A stretch of DNA of 64,000 bases, taken from the IMG/VR virus record IMGVR_UViG_3300017969_000006, positions 1-64,000 of that record. One strand, 5' to 3'. Origin of the DNA: a virus. Positions 1-9,311 of the stretch are shown piece after piece. Within the stretch, counting starts at the first letter, position 1, and each line of letters begins with the position of its first letter. A program made the translations under genes and the position numbers. The notes under the pieces were generated by a model that was not told the DNA's origin, searched no databases, and saw nothing but the letters and a program-made list of their open reading frames with translations.

Positions 1-1
1 G

Positions 2-322
2 ATAGACGCCAGCATCCAGCGTGGTGTCAATTTTTGACGAAACGCACTGGTTTGTGCTGTTGTGGTTGCCGTCATCATTGCCAGTTATCAATGTGCCGGA
101 CAAGTCATATAGCCACAAGTACGGATCAGACGTTAGTTCCTCACAGGAACTGTTGGAGTTACCGTAGATAACAACATCAGTGGCGTCCTGCTCGATCTCG
201 AAGTACCAGTCGGACTCCTCGGTGACCGTGTATGAGGACGCGTTCGCAGAGGCCGGTGTAAAGAAAACAAAAACCGCAGTAACCCAAAAGATCCACGAAC
301 CACGCCGATTCCGCCGGTTCAT
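2..322 (-). CDS. Secreted/surface protein with PPC-like (pre-peptidase C-terminal) beta-sandwich; partial, runs off window start
   Basis: Not in ORF track; own translation MNRRNRRGSWIFWVTAVFVFFTPASANA (signal peptide with AxA) ... SDPYLWLYDLSGTLITGNDDG ... TLDAGVY, typical PPC-domain pattern. Confidence 0.6.
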   Translation of the reverse strand, partial: MNRRNRRGSWIFWVTAVFVFFTPASANASSYTVTEESDWYFEIEQDATDVVIYGNSNSSCEELTSDPYLWLYDLSGTLITGNDDGNHNSTNQCVSSKIDTTLDAGVY

Positions 323-325
323 GAA

Positions 326-610
326 CTAAATTCTGTTCGGTCCCTCGAGTTTTTCCACAACCAGTTCAAGCCGATCAGCACAGGCGATCAACTTGTTGTA
401 AATAGTATGCTCTGGAGAGGTTGGATCAATTCCCGGAAGGTCGGTTTCAGTGTCATGCCATAGCGCACCAATTAACGTCAGATCCTGAACTTCATCCGCG
501 TCGACACCCAAAGATGCGGCAAGTGAATATATAGTCAACTCCAAGTCTTTTCGGACAGCCTGCAATGCTTTCCGACGTTGCTCGATAGTTAATGTGCTTT
601 CAACTGGCAT
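326..610 (-). CDS. Small hypothetical protein, member of a local paralog family
   Basis: Motif LELTIYSLAASLGVD shared with ORFs at 11781, 12013, 12243. Confidence 0.7.
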   Translation of the reverse strand: MPVESTLTIEQRRKALQAVRKDLELTIYSLAASLGVDADEVQDLTLIGALWHDTETDLPGIDPTSPEHTIYNKLIACADRLELVVEKLEGPNRI

Positions 611-636
611 TTGGATCACCCTTTCACTATTTTACA

Positions 637-2217
637 CTAGGAGTTCAACAGCACGTTGCTCGTATGAGCGACAAGGGTAATGTTTTGATCAATTGAGTCA
701 CAGATGGCCATGATCCCGCCAGTAGCGCCGACGCTTCCCTGATTGCCTGTTCCGCCAGTTCCTTTAAGCCCTCTTGCTCCCGCCGCACCAGCGTTTCCAC
801 GCGCACCAGCATTTCCACGTGTGCCAGCAGCACCGCCGGGTACAGCCGCAAATTGGATATCTGGGTTTCGGGTTCCGGGAGTGGTGCTGTAGACCGCATG
901 ACCCGGAGTGATGTTTGCAGGGTTTTCCACTGTATGAGTATTGCTCGGGTTGTGAGCCCCTGCCACATGATGATTGTGATTGGGGTTGTAGTTGTAATAC
1001 GTGTAATAGGAATAAATAGCACCGGGCGCATGCAACACGTAATGGTGATTGGACCGCTTCGCAGTGTAGTGAACATGCTGCTGAGGAACACCGGTTTCAT
1101 CAACGGCGTGACCGGTATTGTGATGGTAATTGCTTCGTTGATGGTGTGAATACGGTGGGTGACGATTTTCGACTGTAATCGTTTCAGCGACCTGCGCTCC
1201 ACCGTGTGCGTGGTGATGGTCTTGATTACCCGGAACCGTCACGTTGTGCTGCTGATAGTTCTGAACATCGGGGTTCGTGCCAACGTAGTTTGTGACAGGA
1301 GGGTTATGGTTGCCTTGGGCGTGGTGACCGGCATGACTGTTCCCAGCAGTTCCAGCGTTGCCAACGGTCCCAGCAGTTCCAGCAGTTCCAGCGTTGCCCG
1401 GATTTCCGTCAATCCCGTCAGCGCCTTTTTGTCCCAAATACCCGGTGCGGCCTTCACTCACAATTGAACCACTACCAACAATATGTTTAGCCACTACGAG
1501 AACAAGCCCGCCACCATCCCCACCTAAACCGGCAGCACCTGTAGCACCCGGATTCCCCGGGTTCCCCGGATTACCATCAGTGCCGGGGTTGCCGGGATTT
1601 CCCGGATTCCCTGGGTTACCGGGGTTCGATGAATATTCCGGAGAATTGCTATTGGCAGGGACGGTTCCACCCGCGTTACCAGCGCCACCCGCGCCACCTA
1701 GACCTGCTGTCCCACCGGCACCACCAGAGGTTCCTAATGTTCCAGCAACGTCGGTGCCCAAATTACCGTCATCAGCATTTTCGACACGGACAAAACCGTT
1801 TTGAGGATCAAACCTCCAGCCTGAACGAACAAAGTTCAAGTCCTTCATAAGTGACTGAGGAACCTGTGTTCCGCTTGAAGAAGAACCAAGAACAAAGGCT
1901 TTGGTGACGCCAAGTCCAACTGCCTCAATATCGTTGACGCGGCCAACAACAGTTCCGAGACTCACTGTCTCATCAATTGCTGATGTCATGCCAATTTTTC
2001 CACCAGTGTTGATAGTGAGAGTGTCTCGCACGAACACACGGAAACCGTTAGTGAAAAGCGTACAGTTTTGATTAATGGTCAAGTTCTCGTAATACATGTC
2101 TCGAGAAATGAGGTGCGAAGAAGTTGCCACCGTGTAGTTGCCGTCGCGACCGGAACCATAGATCGAGTCGTTACCCAAACGCTGTTCACGCTTGCGCGTC
2201 CGAATGACGCCAGCCAT
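637..2217 (-). CDS. Gly-X-Y repeat (collagen/polyglycine-like) fibre or adhesin protein with His/Asn/Tyr-rich insert
   Basis: GNP, GTA, GNA, GAR triplet runs; His-rich central segment; N-terminal domain paralogous to next gene. Confidence 0.7.
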   Translation of the reverse strand: MAGVIRTRKREQRLGNDSIYGSGRDGNYTVATSSHLISRDMYYENLTINQNCTLFTNGFRVFVRDTLTINTGGKIGMTSAIDETVSLGTVVGRVNDIEAVGLGVTKAFVLGSSSSGTQVPQSLMKDLNFVRSGWRFDPQNGFVRVENADDGNLGTDVAGTLGTSGGAGGTAGLGGAGGAGNAGGTVPANSNSPEYSSNPGNPGNPGNPGNPGTDGNPGNPGNPGATGAAGLGGDGGGLVLVVAKHIVGSGSIVSEGRTGYLGQKGADGIDGNPGNAGTAGTAGTVGNAGTAGNSHAGHHAQGNHNPPVTNYVGTNPDVQNYQQHNVTVPGNQDHHHAHGGAQVAETITVENRHPPYSHHQRSNYHHNTGHAVDETGVPQQHVHYTAKRSNHHYVLHAPGAIYSYYTYYNYNPNHNHHVAGAHNPSNTHTVENPANITPGHAVYSTTPGTRNPDIQFAAVPGGAAGTRGNAGARGNAGAAGARGLKGTGGTGNQGSVGATGGIMAICDSIDQNITLVAHTSNVLLNS

Positions 2218-2921
2218 TAGTCAACCTCTAAATAGATAGTAGTGCCGTCACTTCCAGAGCCCTGTCCTCCAGCATTCAAAATAGGGTTGGCGTACGGGTA
2301 GGCGTTGTTAATCGGTGAAGGAGTTGAGACAAGAATCACCACCCCGCCGCCAGCATCCGCTCCTCCCGTCGCCACGATTTGTGAACCATTACCGGCATCC
2401 GCAATGATGTAGCGAGCAGCAACAATAACCACTCCGCCACCCTCACCAGTTCCCCCTGCTCCACCTTGTAGGTAGAGGGGACCGTTGGTTGCTGCGGTGA
2501 CTTGATAGCCGAGAACAGCCTGAGATGCGTAGTGTGTATAGTAAACAGATCCGCCGTCCGCTGTAGTGATCTGAGTGGCGGTAGCGCTGGCACCGTTGCC
2601 ACCAAGACTATTTGTTGTTCCGGTTCCCGCTGCGCCGCCACCAAGAAGCGTTCCTGACCCGTCAAATCCACCGGGTAAACCAATGATCGCATTGTCATGC
2701 AGGGTCAAATTATTCTTAACAAACAAGCGGTAACCATTTGTATTCAGAACAGAGTTTGCGCCGACCTCAAGGTCGTAGTAAAACATGTCGCTCTGGAGGG
2801 TATGAGTAGTGGAAGCGTTAACGGTGTAACTTCCATCAACGCCGCTACCATAAATCTCGTCAGCGGAATCTAAGAATTCTTCCAGCGGACTGGGTGCGTT
2901 CAGTCGTACGATGCCGCCCAT
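2217..2921 (-). CDS. Glycine-rich putative virion protein, paralog of 637..2217 scaffold
   Basis: IYGSGxDGxYTV...DMxYxxL...LxTNG[FY]RxFVxxxLT and GGGxVxVxAxxI shared with 637..2217. Confidence 0.7.
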   Translation of the reverse strand: MGGIVRLNAPSPLEEFLDSADEIYGSGVDGSYTVNASTTHTLQSDMFYYDLEVGANSVLNTNGYRLFVKNNLTLHDNAIIGLPGGFDGSGTLLGGGAAGTGTTNSLGGNGASATATQITTADGGSVYYTHYASQAVLGYQVTAATNGPLYLQGGAGGTGEGGGVVIVAARYIIADAGNGSQIVATGGADAGGGVVILVSTPSPINNAYPYANPILNAGGQGSGSDGTTIYLEVD

Positions 2922-2926
2922 CGGTA

Positions 2927-3313
2927 TTACACCTCTTGGACTGCTGAGATTGTCACATTCAGGCTTGTTCCGTCACTTGCTCTCATGTAGATCGAGTCGC
3001 CCGCATTCACACTTTGTGCAACATATTCAATAACCAAAGACATGTTGATAAAAGTTGTCTCGTTTGCGTCAATCGTAAAGTTGTTGAACACCATGTGAGT
3101 ATCATTGACGCTTCCCAGAGCGGTAGCGGCAGGCTTAATCCACATAGTGTAAGTCTTCGCGGAAGCAGCGGTGTTGGTAACAATAATCTGCTTAATAATG
3201 TCAGTTGCGTTGGTGGGCACCGTGTATAGGGCGTTCGCGGGCAGGGTTGAAGAACTTGCAGATGTTGGGACCCGGACAGGCCCCACGATGCGTTTCTGAT
3301 AAAAGGCTGTCAT
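2927..3313 (-). CDS. Putative beta-sandwich virion structural protein
   Basis: LYTVP...IIKQIIVTNT...GDSIYMRAS...LNVTISAVQE pattern common in phage tail-region proteins. Confidence 0.6.
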   Translation of the reverse strand: MTAFYQKRIVGPVRVPTSASSSTLPANALYTVPTNATDIIKQIIVTNTAASAKTYTMWIKPAATALGSVNDTHMVFNNFTIDANETTFINMSLVIEYVAQSVNAGDSIYMRASDGTSLNVTISAVQEV

Positions 3314-3345
3314 TATCTTGAACCTCGCGAGTGTCGTCAGTTACC

Positions 3346-4185
3346 TTACATCTTACCAGTAATACGTGACTTGAAGCGGCGAATAATGCCAGTTCTGGGC
3401 GCTTTCACATCACTCGAGGAGTAGGGGCACTTTTTGTCTTCAAGTCTTTGGCGGCGCCGATATCGACGCTTGATCGACATTGGCTCAAATGCCATTCCCC
3501 AAGGATGATTGCCTGTGAAGCGATGCATCGTCTCATCGCCCCATAAAACTTCTTGTTTAACGAACCTAGGAAACGTAATCATTGTACCAATTGGCGTCCC
3601 AGCAGGAAGTGTAAAGTCTTCATCTGTAAAAATATTGATAACCCAGTTCATGTGATGGTAAAAATCTGTGTGAACAACCCCGGGAATCAATGTAAATCTT
3701 CTGTCTTCATCCCATGTACACGGAAAAAGCATTGAAGACCACCCGGGAGCAGTCATAACTTCCCATGGATTTACCAATTTCACAAAACTCGCCTCAGGGA
3801 GAGCCCTCTGGTCAGTAATTTTATGAGGACCGACGTCCTCGTAGCGGAATCCTTCAATCTTGAGATATCCGTTTTCGGTACTTTCCCAACGTGATTCCCA
3901 AGTTTTTCCATCAGGAGATTTTCTAAATTTAAGATCAGTGGGAAGAACCCATGTCACACCAGACGTCAGAAAATCCTGCGTACCTTGACAACGCTTCAAC
4001 CCTCTTTTTTCAGGATCGAGTTCCCTAAACCATTCAGGGAAACCTAAAGAGTTATCGACAGGCATTACTCCCGGAGTATAAAGACGGTTATCGCTAGGAA
4101 CCAGCAAAATTTGTCCGGGTTCAGGAACCGGAATATCAGTAAATGCCCGAACGGGGGGCAAAAGTTTCACAGAACTATGTGGCAT
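3346..4185 (-). CDS. Hypothetical protein, DUF6065-like
   Basis: KRCQG..DFLTSG, NPWEVMTAPGWS, IPGVVHTD, LPAGTPIG; parallels motifs of 19086..19814. Confidence 0.55.
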   Translation of the reverse strand: MPHSSVKLLPPVRAFTDIPVPEPGQILLVPSDNRLYTPGVMPVDNSLGFPEWFRELDPEKRGLKRCQGTQDFLTSGVTWVLPTDLKFRKSPDGKTWESRWESTENGYLKIEGFRYEDVGPHKITDQRALPEASFVKLVNPWEVMTAPGWSSMLFPCTWDEDRRFTLIPGVVHTDFYHHMNWVINIFTDEDFTLPAGTPIGTMITFPRFVKQEVLWGDETMHRFTGNHPWGMAFEPMSIKRRYRRRQRLEDKKCPYSSSDVKAPRTGIIRRFKSRITGKM

Positions 4186-4206
4186 GGGTGAAGATTACTA
4201 CAGCGA

Positions 4207-4908
4207 CTACGCCTTAGTGATCACATAAACCCCGAAGAGAAGTGGGATCGGGTAAATGTGGACATCGTCCAACAACTGCCATCGACGAAATGCCGAGTGA
4301 TACTGGTGGGCCGACCGGTATCGATACAAATTCCCCGAATTTGAGAAATTCGTGACAACGATGGATGCGCCGGAAGGCATCGAGTTGTACAACCTGTCGA
4401 CAATCTCAAAATTGTGAGAAATATATGACGCGTTTACCAACGCCATCTCGAAGCCAACAGGCAAATTGCCGTCATCTACCTGCTGCATCATAACAACATT
4501 GAAATCGAAATCTTCTGGAATCAACCCGTGCCGTTGGGCATAGTCCAAATGAATTGAGTTCCCCACCCAAACGTTCTGTGCGGGAAATTGGTGAATCATG
4601 GGTAGGAGTTCTGGCGCCAAAACAAGCAGGTCGGCTGGCTTTGCTACACGGACATAGGATTCCACGATCGTTTTGAGAGAATTTAAACTGACCTTGTAGC
4701 GCAGGGAGTTGGCTGCACCCATGTCGTACATAACGATTTCATCAACGAAGGACACCCGAGCACGGGAACGATCCATTCCATGCGCACTTTCCTCGGCCAG
4801 AACGGACTCGCAAAAAGTCTTGTAATCGTCGGAGGATAGATTGGCGTGCTCCGTTACAGCCATTTCCTCTGCGTAACTGACAGTCTGGATTGGGTCGGGA
4901 TCAGGCAT
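4207..4908 (-). CDS. Hypothetical protein, possible divergent SAM-methyltransferase fold
   Basis: C-terminal FEMALVN...RLYNSMPSGASIVV...YPIPLLFGVYVITK resembles class I MTase end; no clear GxGxG; paralog of 13006..13785. Confidence 0.4.
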   Translation of the reverse strand: MPDPDPIQTVSYAEEMAVTEHANLSSDDYKTFCESVLAEESAHGMDRSRARVSFVDEIVMYDMGAANSLRYKVSLNSLKTIVESYVRVAKPADLLVLAPELLPMIHQFPAQNVWVGNSIHLDYAQRHGLIPEDFDFNVVMMQQVDDGNLPVGFEMALVNASYISHNFEIVDRLYNSMPSGASIVVTNFSNSGNLYRYRSAHQYHSAFRRWQLLDDVHIYPIPLLFGVYVITKA

Positions 4909-5191
4909 CTTCTTGAGACCTTGCTAGATACAAGTCGCGGAAATGGGTAAACCGTTTTGCATCGAAAGAACAACGATAGTTCTGCCGTCGGATAATCCGC
5001 TCCGCTTCCGACATATCCTCAACAACGGTTCCATCCGCCACTTCGTTTGGATATGCAACATTGATCAGACTGTACAATTCGTCGAGCGTAATAGTCTCGA
5101 CTTGCTCTTCGTCACCACCGACCAATGAGATAAGGCGAGCGAGATTGGTGAGGACGTAGTTGTAGTCCTCTTCCGAATTGAAATTACTCAT
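4901..5191 (-). CDS. Small hypothetical protein, paralog of 12681..13016
   Basis: VGGDEEQVETITLDEL vs AGLDPEQTLNTVTIDEI. Confidence 0.65.
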   Translation of the reverse strand: MSNFNSEEDYNYVLTNLARLISLVGGDEEQVETITLDELYSLINVAYPNEVADGTVVEDMSEAERIIRRQNYRCSFDAKRFTHFRDLYLARSQEDA

Positions 5192-5340
5192 TGAAAACCT
5201 TCCTGATCTTCGATTTCAACGACGCTCATGGTCCACATCCAGCAGGTCAAAACGACAGATTCCTCTCCACGAGACTCGACAAAACGGTCCGTGTCAACGT
5301 CATACAGATCTGGAATATATGGCAACTGGATTTCAGGCAT
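5188..5340 (-). CDS. 50-aa small protein missed by ORF track
   Basis: MPEIQLPYIPDLYDVDTDRFVESRGEESVVLTCWMWTMSVVEIEDQEGFQ; GGGAG RBS upstream; ATGA overlap with next gene. Confidence 0.65.
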   Translation of the reverse strand: MPEIQLPYIPDLYDVDTDRFVESRGEESVVLTCWMWTMSVVEIEDQEGFQ

Positions 5341-5370
5341 GGCAAACTCCCTGCCCTATAGATTACACCA

Positions 5371-6084
5371 TTATTCTTCGTTATCTAAAGACGGATCGTG
5401 GCTGCTCTCGTCAACATCAGTCATCTGGTCGAACGGCACAATTTCTTGACGGACGCATGTCATGAAGGTACTGATCATCCATTTATCTTCACTTATCGGG
5501 GTTGAACCAGAATGCGGGTGCGTCCAATTCGTTGGAAATAGAACGATGCGTCCTGCCCGGGCAGAAACTTTACAGTTGTGGGCGGGAAATGCTGTTTCGC
5601 CACCAACAGCAACATCGTTAAGGTAAATAACGGCACCCAAAACACGTGTGCCGACAGCGTTACCACCTTCCCATGGTGTTCCATCAACATGGGTTCTGTA
5701 GTAACCGACTGCTTTCCTGTATTTCTGAAGACGAAAGCCGGTGTCTTGAATGCCGGGCCATGCCCACAGGTCGCTGAACTCATTAATGTATTTCCCTACA
5801 GCCGCAGCCAAGGATTCTCGGATTATCTCTTCGCAATACCCGAAGATGACTGGATCTACACCGGAGTTCGAAACTGCTTGAACGCTGAGGTTGCAATCCA
5901 TTGAACTTTTCACTCGTGGATCCACCCCTCCAATCGTGGGACCCGGGGTGAAGAGCATCTCGTAGTAGGCCTTGCACTCGTCAATCAATTGAGTGCCGAG
6001 CGACTTTGGGAACATGTTGTCAGCAATCATGATTTGGGTGTCTTTATTATCTTTTGCCCAATTAAATGTTGGAAGTTTGGACAT
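5371..6084 (-). CDS. 2OG-Fe(II) oxygenase, prolyl 4-hydroxylase-like
   Basis: HVD, IYLNDVAVGGETAF, distal HPH, KWMIST. Confidence 0.9.
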   Translation of the reverse strand: MSKLPTFNWAKDNKDTQIMIADNMFPKSLGTQLIDECKAYYEMLFTPGPTIGGVDPRVKSSMDCNLSVQAVSNSGVDPVIFGYCEEIIRESLAAAVGKYINEFSDLWAWPGIQDTGFRLQKYRKAVGYYRTHVDGTPWEGGNAVGTRVLGAVIYLNDVAVGGETAFPAHNCKVSARAGRIVLFPTNWTHPHSGSTPISEDKWMISTFMTCVRQEIVPFDQMTDVDESSHDPSLDNEE

Positions 6085-7546
6085 TTCCGATACCTCTCAT
6101 GAGTGCATCCCTGTGCGGGATCAATGTTGTGTTGCTGTTTTCAGCCTTGATACTAGCCAGTACCTCTTGTGCTCGCACAACTAGGTTTCTTGCTTGCAGG
6201 CTTCGCTGAGCACTATCGCTTTTAATCAAACCCTGCCCTTGTGCCACGAATAGGAAATGATTTGCTGAAAATAGTTCGCAACCGTTGGTTGGGATGTCGA
6301 CCTGTTCGAGGGGTCGATTTTTAACAATATCCAGAATGTATGTAAGAAAATCTGGTTTTTTTCTCAATTTCTGATCTCGCCAAAGGTCGGTATCATCACG
6401 GTCCGATACGTAATGTAAACAAATCATCGTTAGTAGATTCTCTACCATCCGATCGTATTTTTTGTTGTACGAATCTCGTGCCCATTGACGATCATTGGTG
6501 TAGTGCGGCAAGTATGAAGTAAGAAGGAAACCTTGGAGTACCGATGCGCTGATCGATGTTGCTTCGAGTGGTTCTACAAAGTTTGACGAAAGGCCAATTG
6601 CTACACAGTTGGCAACCCATGGTCTTTCTACTGTTCCGGGTGAAAAATCAATAAATCGCGGATCGTCGATAATTCTGTCAAGGCGTTGCTCGAATTGTTT
6701 GTGGACTTGTTCTTGTGTAGCATACTCCGATCCGTAAACATAACCATTCCCGATACGCGACTGTGTAGGTATTTCCCAACGCCAACCAGCAGGCATTGCC
6801 TCAGCAATCGTGTAGCCACGTAAATCTTTTTCGTTTTCATGCTGGCTTTGAAAAACCATCGCAGAATCACAAGGGAGATAATCCGAAAACGAAACCCACT
6901 TTTGATTTTCAAGCGCGCTAATTATTTTCCGCTTGAATCCAGAGCAGTCAATAACGAAGTCAGTTTCATAAGAACGCTTGGAACCCAAAAGGCTGGTGAT
7001 TTCCCCAGATTCAGATATGTTCACATTGATGATTTCATCATCAGAAAACGAAACACCTATTGATTCGCAAACTCTACGGAGAAAAGAATTCAATTTGTGT
7101 GTGTCGAAATGTAGTTGGTTAGATTGCGCAAGCAACTGCTCAAGATCGTCATTGTCTGCGACATAGCCATCAGGTAAACCGGGATGTGTAAATGCTGGAG
7201 TTAACTGCTTTCCTTGAGCAATTACAGAACTAAACAGGGAATACGCTGTGAAGTGTTCCGTCTGCCCTCCAGCAATACTGTGAAAATAATCAGGGACAGC
7301 CGTTGTCCAGTCAAGAAACCTGATACCAAACTTAAATGTTGCGTCAGTCTCTCTGATCACATCAGAGCGCTGTATGCCAACGAGAGTTTCAAACATTCTC
7401 CAATGTTCGGTACTTCCTTCACCAACCCCAATAATTCCTATCGTGTCAGATGAAATAACCTCAACGTCATATAGCGGGAAGCAGGACTTCAGTAGAGCAG
7501 CGGAGATCATTCCGGCTGTGCCTGATCCAACTACATGTACTTTCAT
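6062..7546 (-). CDS. Flavin-dependent halogenase (tryptophan halogenase/PrnA family)
   Basis: GSGTAG FAD motif, IGVGEGST, catalytic-Lys motif ATFKFGIRF, WRWEIP (WxWxIP), FVEPLEATSI. Confidence 0.92.
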   Translation of the reverse strand: MKVHVVGSGTAGMISAALLKSCFPLYDVEVISSDTIGIIGVGEGSTEHWRMFETLVGIQRSDVIRETDATFKFGIRFLDWTTAVPDYFHSIAGGQTEHFTAYSLFSSVIAQGKQLTPAFTHPGLPDGYVADNDDLEQLLAQSNQLHFDTHKLNSFLRRVCESIGVSFSDDEIINVNISESGEITSLLGSKRSYETDFVIDCSGFKRKIISALENQKWVSFSDYLPCDSAMVFQSQHENEKDLRGYTIAEAMPAGWRWEIPTQSRIGNGYVYGSEYATQEQVHKQFEQRLDRIIDDPRFIDFSPGTVERPWVANCVAIGLSSNFVEPLEATSISASVLQGFLLTSYLPHYTNDRQWARDSYNKKYDRMVENLLTMICLHYVSDRDDTDLWRDQKLRKKPDFLTYILDIVKNRPLEQVDIPTNGCELFSANHFLFVAQGQGLIKSDSAQRSLQARNLVVRAQEVLASIKAENSNTTLIPHRDALMRGIGNVQTSNI

Positions 7547-7549
7547 GGT

Positions 7550-8119
7550 TTAACCAAAAAAACCCTGCAAGACGAAACAGTGAGGAGATTCGAAGGAAAA
7601 AAGTTGCTCAAACGGGAATCCGGTAGGACCAACAAGAACATCTCCAATGTCCAAAACGAAGTCCCTCTCAAGCAAAGGAAATGAGACTTTTGCCGATGAA
7701 GACAACGGTGCAAGGATCGAAAAAGGAAAACGTGGATCACCAGAAACTGGGCCTGAAGCAGGGGACCACTCCGCATTTTTCTCAAACAACATTATAGAAT
7801 ATAGGCTCTTTTCGACGTTGGGGTGGTCATAACGCATTCCATAATCGCGAACACACTCAGAGACAAGTTCGTCAACAACAGAAAAAACTTCCTTGATGGG
7901 ATTCAGTCTTTTGTTATCGCGGCTTTGTCCCACCGGATTCAAGTCGATCAAACTTGAAGCAATTATTTCGTTACTCCCGGGATTGATCTTTCTTGGCTCG
8001 AGATATGACCAATCGCGTTTAACTTCTGCATCTACCAAAGAAAAGAAGTCACCGACAGAAATTCTATTACGGAAAATTGAAGTGAAATTGTATTCTTCCG
8101 GAACAAATGCGTGACTCAT
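7550..8119 (-). CDS. Degenerate 2OG-Fe(II) oxygenase-like protein without metal ligands
   Basis: Same length and layout as neighbour (CVRDYGMRY, FSIL, VSFP, GDVLV.P.GFPF) but no HxD or distal His. Confidence 0.5.
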   Translation of the reverse strand: MSHAFVPEEYNFTSIFRNRISVGDFFSLVDAEVKRDWSYLEPRKINPGSNEIIASSLIDLNPVGQSRDNKRLNPIKEVFSVVDELVSECVRDYGMRYDHPNVEKSLYSIMLFEKNAEWSPASGPVSGDPRFPFSILAPLSSSAKVSFPLLERDFVLDIGDVLVGPTGFPFEQLFSFESPHCFVLQGFFG

Positions 8120-8120
8120 A

Positions 8121-8690
8121 TCAGGCCAACCAAGTCACAAGGGAATATTTCATGCCAGCATTGACTGGAGTTGCATGATGAAGAAATGGTGTACTTGAAG
8201 GGAAAATAACCACGGTTCCATTTTCTGCGGGAACGCTAAGACCAATGTGACTAAAGTCAAGGTCCCCACCATCTTCAGGAGTGCTCAAGAAAGCGACAAC
8301 GCTCAAAATACGTGGGACCGAAGGGTGAGCATCGAAATGAGGTTGATACTCTGCGCCGCTCCCATACTTATTAATACTCCAACCTTCATCACGTGTGAGT
8401 TCAAGACGAAAATGATCTCGATACTGATGAATCAAGGGATTAATATTGTTATGAACAGCCTTGAAAGCAAGCGAAACTGGATGATCGTCATAACTCTCAA
8501 AGCCAATCATGTGGTTCAGTTCACATTGTTGATTTGAGCGAAAATTAGACACAGTCCCAAATCCAGTCGATGCCTGTTTCCAGAACAGTGGAGAGTTTGG
8601 AATGTTCGCCCAATTTTCAACCTCTTCGACAAGGTCAGTTCCATCGAAGATGTTTTTATGGATGCGAATAAATTTTGACTCATCAAGCAT
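8121..8690 (-). CDS. 2OG-Fe(II) oxygenase, prolyl 4-hydroxylase-like
   Basis: HFD, RILSVVAFL, GGDLDF, FLHHA, KYSLVTW. Confidence 0.9.
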   Translation of the reverse strand: MLDESKFIRIHKNIFDGTDLVEEVENWANIPNSPLFWKQASTGFGTVSNFRSNQQCELNHMIGFESYDDHPVSLAFKAVHNNINPLIHQYRDHFRLELTRDEGWSINKYGSGAEYQPHFDAHPSVPRILSVVAFLSTPEDGGDLDFSHIGLSVPAENGTVVIFPSSTPFLHHATPVNAGMKYSLVTWLA

Positions 8691-9111
8691 GAGGCTCTAC
8701 AACTTTCACTTCAGCATCAGCAATAATCCCTGACTCATCGTGTAGTTCTATGGTTGTAATCCCACAATCGACGAGACGGAAACGGAAAATAGCCTGATGT
8801 TTCGTGCTTCGCGTAGTGTGAGCAACAGTGAAACGATTTACTGGAGTGGCAACTTCAACCCATGTCTCCCGACAGTCCATCCAATCGTCATTGTACGTTA
8901 CTAATAGAAAACGGCCGGCCTTAATTGCCGTTGAAGAAAGTTGAAATGACTGCTCAACGGGAATCTCAAGAATTTGCACCAGAGTTTCATCAAACTCCAA
9001 GTCTTCCATTGCGCCGCTGCGGCCGACAACAATGGGTAGCGACCATTCAGTGGCAAGTTTTTCAGCCTCTGCCATCACTTCACTGGATGGGCAAAAAACT
9101 ACCCTATCCAT
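8683..9111 (-). CDS. Hypothetical protein
   Basis: ORF translationally coupled on both sides. Confidence 0.6.
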   Translation of the reverse strand: MDRVVFCPSSEVMAEAEKLATEWSLPIVVGRSGAMEDLEFDETLVQILEIPVEQSFQLSSTAIKAGRFLLVTYNDDWMDCRETWVEVATPVNRFTVAHTTRSTKHQAIFRFRLVDCGITTIELHDESGIIADAEVKVVEPHA

Positions 9112-9302
9112 TACTGTTCCTCTTCTGAGACCTCTGCCTCTTGTGCGGGAAATGGAGGGACAGCAGGCGCTGTCAGTTTCTCGTTAAGGGCGTTCGCCTG
9201 CTTGAGCATTTGCCGGAGAATTGTGTTGTTTAAGGACAATTGTTTGTTTTGCTCAGAAAGATCTTCAATCACAGCCCTGAGGTCAACTTGTTCGTTACTC
9301 AT
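9111..9302 (-). CDS. Small coiled-coil hypothetical protein
   Basis: Heptad pattern IEDLSEQNKQLSLNNTILRQML; coupled to neighbour. Confidence 0.6.
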   Translation of the reverse strand: MSNEQVDLRAVIEDLSEQNKQLSLNNTILRQMLKQANALNEKLTAPAVPPFPAQEAEVSEEEQ

Positions 9303-9311
9303 GGCTGGATC

